This document shows positions 38,859 to 44,322 of a stretch of 44,322 nucleotides of DNA, in pieces (the stretch's first letter is position 1; each line of letters opens with the position of its first letter). Source of the stretch: Conidiobolus incongruus B7586 (lineage: Eukaryota); assembly GCA_000697335.1 (NCBI GenBank), contig JNEM01009194.1:1-44322 (forward strand). Reading direction: 5' to 3'. Position numbers and translations under genes: made by a program. The notes beneath the pieces are model-generated. The model did not search any database. It saw only the letters and a program-made list of their open reading frames with translations, and was not told the origin of the DNA.

Positions 38859-39869
38859 ATTCAGCAATAGACTATCATCAATTATTTACACAAATTATAA
38901 GTAAATATTTATTAATTCTTATTATATATGAATTCTATTTTAACGATTAACATATAATTTATCATTAAAATAAAGGACGTTGGAAATTAGCTGATATTGT
39001 TTAAGTATCAGTTGATATCAATTTATTAAAATGTTTAAAATGATATGGATCTTGTGTATTGTTAATAATGTATATCCATTATTGACATGAACTTAAACGA
39101 ATGAATTGGCCATTGAATCATGAAATCAGTCATTATGTGTATTGCGGATATAATTTAAGTAATTAAACTAGTAACGAAGTCATCATCTCCATTCAAAGTT
39201 AGTTATCCGAATCATTGACACTGGATAACTTTTATTAAATATTGCCTGAATAATTATCGAAATATAAATCAATTATATTAGTAGTCTTACAAAATTAATT
39301 CAGTGTTGTACAATTTTTATTCTTTTTAAATAATTTAATATTAAAATTTAAAAGTTTTTCAAACCAATTTATTAGTAAAATAGTTGCATAGTTGAAAATA
39401 TTTTATTGACAATGTATAAGAATTGTCTATCAAACGTTCCAATATCAATAAATAGAATTAACTAAAAAATGTTAAAATTATTTAATTCATATATTTAATT
39501 TTTAACTAAATATAAGCGCCAATTTAGTGAATATTGCAATTATAAACAAAATTCAATTTATAAAAATCGTGCATGTAAATATCAGGCTAATAATAAATGT
39601 TACATGTTATATTAAATTAATTTCGGAGTATAATAAAAGTTGAAATTTTTAATTATTAATTATTTTCCATTATTATTTCATAAATATTATTGAAAATAAT
39701 GCTTTATGTATAAAACTCAAATTGGTTACTTCAAGAATGGAGTAATTTTCTGACTTAAATATACAATCAGAGAGTTGGGTAACTGGCAAATGCCAATACA
39801 CATCAAGTCGTTAAACAAGCTTAGAAAAAAAGTTGAATCTATAACATAAAATGTGTTTAATAAAACATA

Positions 39870-40884
39870 ATGATAAACATTGTTATCTAATATAATATAT
39901 TTCTAAACATTTTAGAGTTTTCTAACCTAATTAAATATATTTTGTTTTTCAACTAGTTTAATTGCAATATGCAATTTTGCATTAATATTATTTAAATTTT
40001 TAAATGCTTTCAAATAGATAATTGTTTTATTGGCCCAAAATACTTGAAATTACAAAGACTCATATAAGCGAAATATGATGCGTGTGGTAATAGAGCTCAT
40101 ATCTTGGGTTTAGTGAGGTTTTCAATAACATTGGCTTTATGGGGCTTGATATTACTATTCATAATTACAGGCCTTTGATTTGGGCGAAATAAACACTATT
40201 TGGCTATATTTCTCTTTAAAAATATAATATTTATTATATTATTCTTGGTAATTCCTTATATTAATAATAGGTTCAAACTAATATTTTTAAAATTTATAAC
40301 AAAGATCAAAAGTCTTTTATTTTTAAATTTTTAGGTTTAAAAAATTGAGAATGGGCTTTTTAATTTAACCCATATTCTAGATTTTTAATAAAATAATGGT
40401 ATATACGACGAATAACAGATTTCATAAACAGCTATAATTTGCATTAATAGCCTAGGACCTGTTTCATATTATTAAGATTTTAAATTATTAGTATTATTGC
40501 TTATTTCATTTATAAATTGATGATATAAGATACCAATTTGGAGTTTTCCTTATTTAATCCTAAATATCTTTCAATATAAAACAAATTAACCTATAATTAA
40601 TATAAAATCTTCTAGGTAAATCCTTAGACAATAAACAGATATAGTTTTCCATATAACTTTGGACTCCTTATTATTTTGTGGTAGTGATTGATCTCTTATG
40701 ATCAGTTCTAGACTTGTCTTTGATGGAATATTGCCATTTACTAAGCCTATTGATCCAATAATAAATACTATCAAGAGAAAGAGCCTTCTTTCCAAATATT
40801 TTCACCAAATAATGGCGAGTTTTGCTTGCAGATTTATTGAATATTAACAAAATTTGACCAAGGAGCTTTGATCAATTTATCCAT
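39870..40884 (-). mobile_element. Degenerate mariner (Tc1/mariner, DD34D) transposase relic
   Basis: HTH-like KSASKTRHYLVKIFGKKALSLDSIYYWINRL..SIKDKSRTDHKRSIT and catalytic-like VIMNSNIKPH...LLPHASYFAYMSLCNFKYFGPIKQ (cf. HDNARPH...LPHPPYSPDLAPSDF), with 34 residues between the second and third catalytic positions; many stops and frameshifts. Confidence 0.82.
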
Positions 40885-41911
40885 GATTGAATAGTGCAAA
40901 ACAATGTATATTTTTAATCGAAGATTATTAAGCCACTAATGATAATAATATAAATATTTTAAAATTTATAAAATAAAGCAAAGGCTTGTTTTGAACAAAT
41001 TGAGATTAATATCTTGTTTTAGAATGAAATTATACTGCCTCAAATTGTTTCAAAAACATTTTTCACACTTTACGATAATTTAGGAAAAATACATTTTTGA
41101 TTTATAAACTGGCATAGTTGATAATATTCAAAACAAAATCTTTATAATTATTGAGTATAATTCGACTATAATAGTCTCAATAATAGAAATTGAAAATTCA
41201 ATTTAATCATCAAAGTAATGATCAATGATATATTGAAAAATATATTATGATAAATTGGAATAATCAATATAATTTATATAAAAATTCATAAATTTTTAAC
41301 ATTGAATTAATTGAAAAAAGCTGATAAATTTCAAATTTGATGACTAAGAATAATTGCTTCAAATATTGATATAAAACAAGGATTAATTACACCAATGTTT
41401 CTAGATTTCTAAATATATTAGTATCAAATTATCCAATTATGGCCAGATCCTATTAGACTAATAATTTAGTGAATCTCAAGAGATTGTACATAATAATCGT
41501 TTTGTAATCCTTTCAAGAACCTCATGTTTATGTTGTTTGTTCTCATTAAATTGGTCTCATAGAGGGAAAACACCGTAATGTTGCGGCTATCAAAATTTGT
41601 ATGAAACATTTAATAAAAGATTAATGATAGGCGCCAATTATGGAATTACAGTTGAATCCTTTAGAGTGATAAGCAGATTCTCCCAATCACTGCAAGCCTA
41701 TACACGTGATCCCCACCGTTGAATTAGGATTGAGCTTGAAAATTATGAGGAGAAATTGGATGAGCAAATGGAGGAGGGGCTAAATCCAATTTAATTTCAC
41801 ACCGAGTATAAATACTCCTGCTCATAAACAAAAATAAACTTTATTTCTGTTTCATTCACTGTCCAACTATTACAAGCACATCTTAGTTTATACTTTGCTT
41901 TATTATTGATT

Positions 41912-42769
41912 ATGCTTGAAGTCAATAATCAAATTCATTCCTCCAAGTTTATGAACTTTGTCACTAAGCTGAAAAAAGTGCCTAAAATTGTTGACGACTG
42001 GTTGATGGCTAAGCAGCATTCTGAAATTCCCGAATATTATGCTGGGATCCATCATTATCACTATACAAGCTCACATTCAAAACATTATTCCCATTCTTCC
42101 AAAGTATCTCCCGGATTTTCGCATAAGCAACGCAATTCTATTTCCAACGAGCTTGCTCCAAACCAACCAAATGGTGCTGTGAAATTTAGACAAGCTAAAG
42201 GGGGGCCACTTGATCGCCCGAAAACGACGTTTGAAACGAGGACTGAGCCACCTCAAATCCCTATTGTTGAAGAGTTAGCACCCATAACACTACAGCAATT
42301 GTTAGTTCAGCCACCACCCGCTCCTTCTAAGTCAGCATGCGCCAAGTCAAAAAAACGCGATTCAGCCACTCAACAGAAGCATGTCTCGCTTCGAAAAGAA
42401 GTCAAGATTATATATAACAACAGCAATCAAAAGATTGTAAAACCCAGATATAGACAATCTAAATTGGATTTTCAAACACAAACACCCCAGTTCCAGGCCA
42501 TTCGTACAAATTTAGCAAATGCTAATGCCAAGCTTGGACTATCTACTCAGAGAGTCAAAGTTGCACATCAGATCCGTAAGCAGCGACAACAAACTTGTGA
42601 AAATGCCAGCTCAGGAGCAGGCGTTTCAGCAACACCAGTAGCACAGTATATTGTTAAATTTCCTACCAACAACAAGCGGATATCCAGGATTGCAGCATTT
42701 GACAGAGCCATAGCTAACAAGAGAGGATCCACGCTTAAACTGTCGCTTACGCCAAAGGTAGCTAGCTAA
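41912..42769 (+). CDS. Basic, probably disordered protein of unknown function (285 aa)
   Basis: Long GC-richer intronless ORF, K/R/Q/S/P-rich, with TATAAA at 41807 and CACGTG at about 41703 upstream. No family recognised. Confidence 0.75.
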   Translation: MLEVNNQIHSSKFMNFVTKLKKVPKIVDDWLMAKQHSEIPEYYAGIHHYHYTSSHSKHYSHSSKVSPGFSHKQRNSISNELAPNQPNGAVKFRQAKGGPLDRPKTTFETRTEPPQIPIVEELAPITLQQLLVQPPPAPSKSACAKSKKRDSATQQKHVSLRKEVKIIYNNSNQKIVKPRYRQSKLDFQTQTPQFQAIRTNLANANAKLGLSTQRVKVAHQIRKQRQQTCENASSGAGVSATPVAQYIVKFPTNNKRISRIAAFDRAIANKRGSTLKLSLTPKVAS

Positions 42770-44322
42770 GCAGTTAATGATCATTGCGATTTTTGTATTT
42801 ATGATTATAATGCATTACATAAGATGAATGCAACTTAATTCATTCATCCAATAAAACTAACCTAATTAATCTATAACGTCATTTCTCACATCAAGTTTTA
42901 ACTAGCACTACTTTTGAACTAAAATCCATAAATCAAATTAAATAATTGTTAATAATAAAACCGAGTTTAATATCCATTAATATTAATACTATTGCATTCA
43001 ATCTTAAGCATATAAATTGAAATTTATCACCTATACATATCTAAAACAATTTGTACAAAATAGTCTAAAATTAAACACGTATTTAAAACCAAAGAATGTT
43101 AAAACGAAAAATTGAAATAAATAAATGCTCCGTTTTTGTATAAAGGTTGATATAAATTTAGACTATATCATATTAGTTAAATATGATTTCAAAATTTTTT
43201 TAACCTTATTTATAGTTGATATTTTCTGTTAAATTTTAACAGAAAAAAGTTTTTATTTTTATGTTTTTAAAATATTAATTTATTTACAAATTTAGAATTA
43301 TGATTAAATTAATTGAAATAAAAATTAGTGAAATTAACTCTTAAAAAAATTTTTTTAATATATTCTCATGTTTTACTAATCATAATATATATTATATAAA
43401 AATAATTAAGAATACATTGTTATATTATTAAGTAACTTGTTATTTGACAAATTAAACTTTTTTAGTATGATTTTAATCATTATAAGGATATGAAAAAACT
43501 TATGATATGAACTATTATCAAATAAAACTATGAATTTTAATAACCAAATTAACGCCATTCAATTTTAAAATCTAAAATCATATTAATTTCTCTAAACTTG
43601 ATTATTTAATAATTTACTTTAAAGAATAATGATCTTATTCGAAAAAAATTAATATTGATTATAATAAATCTTAACTTATTTGTTAAATTTTAATATTTAA
43701 TAATAAAATGGCAATAAATAATTTAAATAATATTAAGGATTAAATATACATCAATATTAAATCATGCATAAATGTTTATAGAGAACTTTCCATTTATTTA
43801 TATTTACTAATACAAATTTTGAATAGGTTTTTCTCAGCTACATATTCATTGTTTTTAAGGTTAGATAAATTCATGTGATTTAATTTATATTTATCCATAT
43901 TCAATTTCTTAATTACAAAATAATTGAAAATTATTAAAATATGATTTTTAAATAATATATTATATTAATCAATATATAAATATATATAACCTATAAATTA
44001 TCAAATAATAATATGAATCAATTTAATAATTTTTAAAATTCAAAATATTATAATTTTTTAAAAAAGTGTAAATTGTTTTTACATTAAATAATATATAAGA
44101 CTGAAGTTAATTATATCTTAATAATATTTAGGATTTATAATAAATATATCATAATATATGTATTATCAATAAGTTTTATATAAGATAAATATTATTATAT
44201 AATAAATAAATATAAAGTAATTAAATTTAAAAGATGAATTATCTTATTATATTAATATATATTATACTTTGAACTTTTATTTATTTGAAGTTTATAAATC
44301 AATATTTTATCAAGTTATGAAT

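Noticed and set aside
40586..40795. 69-aa hydrophobic ORF resembling a secreted protein
   Set aside because: TTG start, and it is an alternative frame of the mariner relic.
1..44322. CRISPR arrays, rRNA, operons or prokaryotic defence systems
   Set aside because: None seen; the sequence is an intron-containing eukaryotic chromosome.

Overview
Very AT-rich eukaryotic (fungal) genomic DNA with short (about 45-85 nt) spliceosomal introns. Gene content (Zn2Cys6 factor and NoxR together with THUMPD3-, mS34-, PREPL- and STEEP1-like genes and a U12-type intron) points to an early-diverging fungus; this is inference. After manual splicing I find about 17 protein-coding genes: THUMP methyltransferase, MOB4/phocein, mS34-like mitoribosomal protein (absent from the ORF track), NatC Sm-like subunit, Zn-cluster TF, a small secreted protein, PREPL-like S9 peptidase, Sec2, an ATRIP/Rad26-like protein, NoxR, eIF2B-beta, uS17/RPS11, STEEP1, Ctf8, an M50B peptidase, a beta-adaptin ear-only protein and a basic orphan. 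There is also one tRNA-Leu(CAG), a decayed DD34D mariner transposase and decayed SpoU-like and BORCS6-like genes. The most notable observations are a free-standing beta-adaptin appendage gene with no trunk, an AT-AC minor-spliceosome intron in eIF2B-beta, a recurrent strand-oriented TCCCATAA motif upstream of housekeeping genes, and convergent STEEP1/CTF8 genes whose stop codons interlock in one TTAA. All family assignments come from remembered motifs, not database searches.
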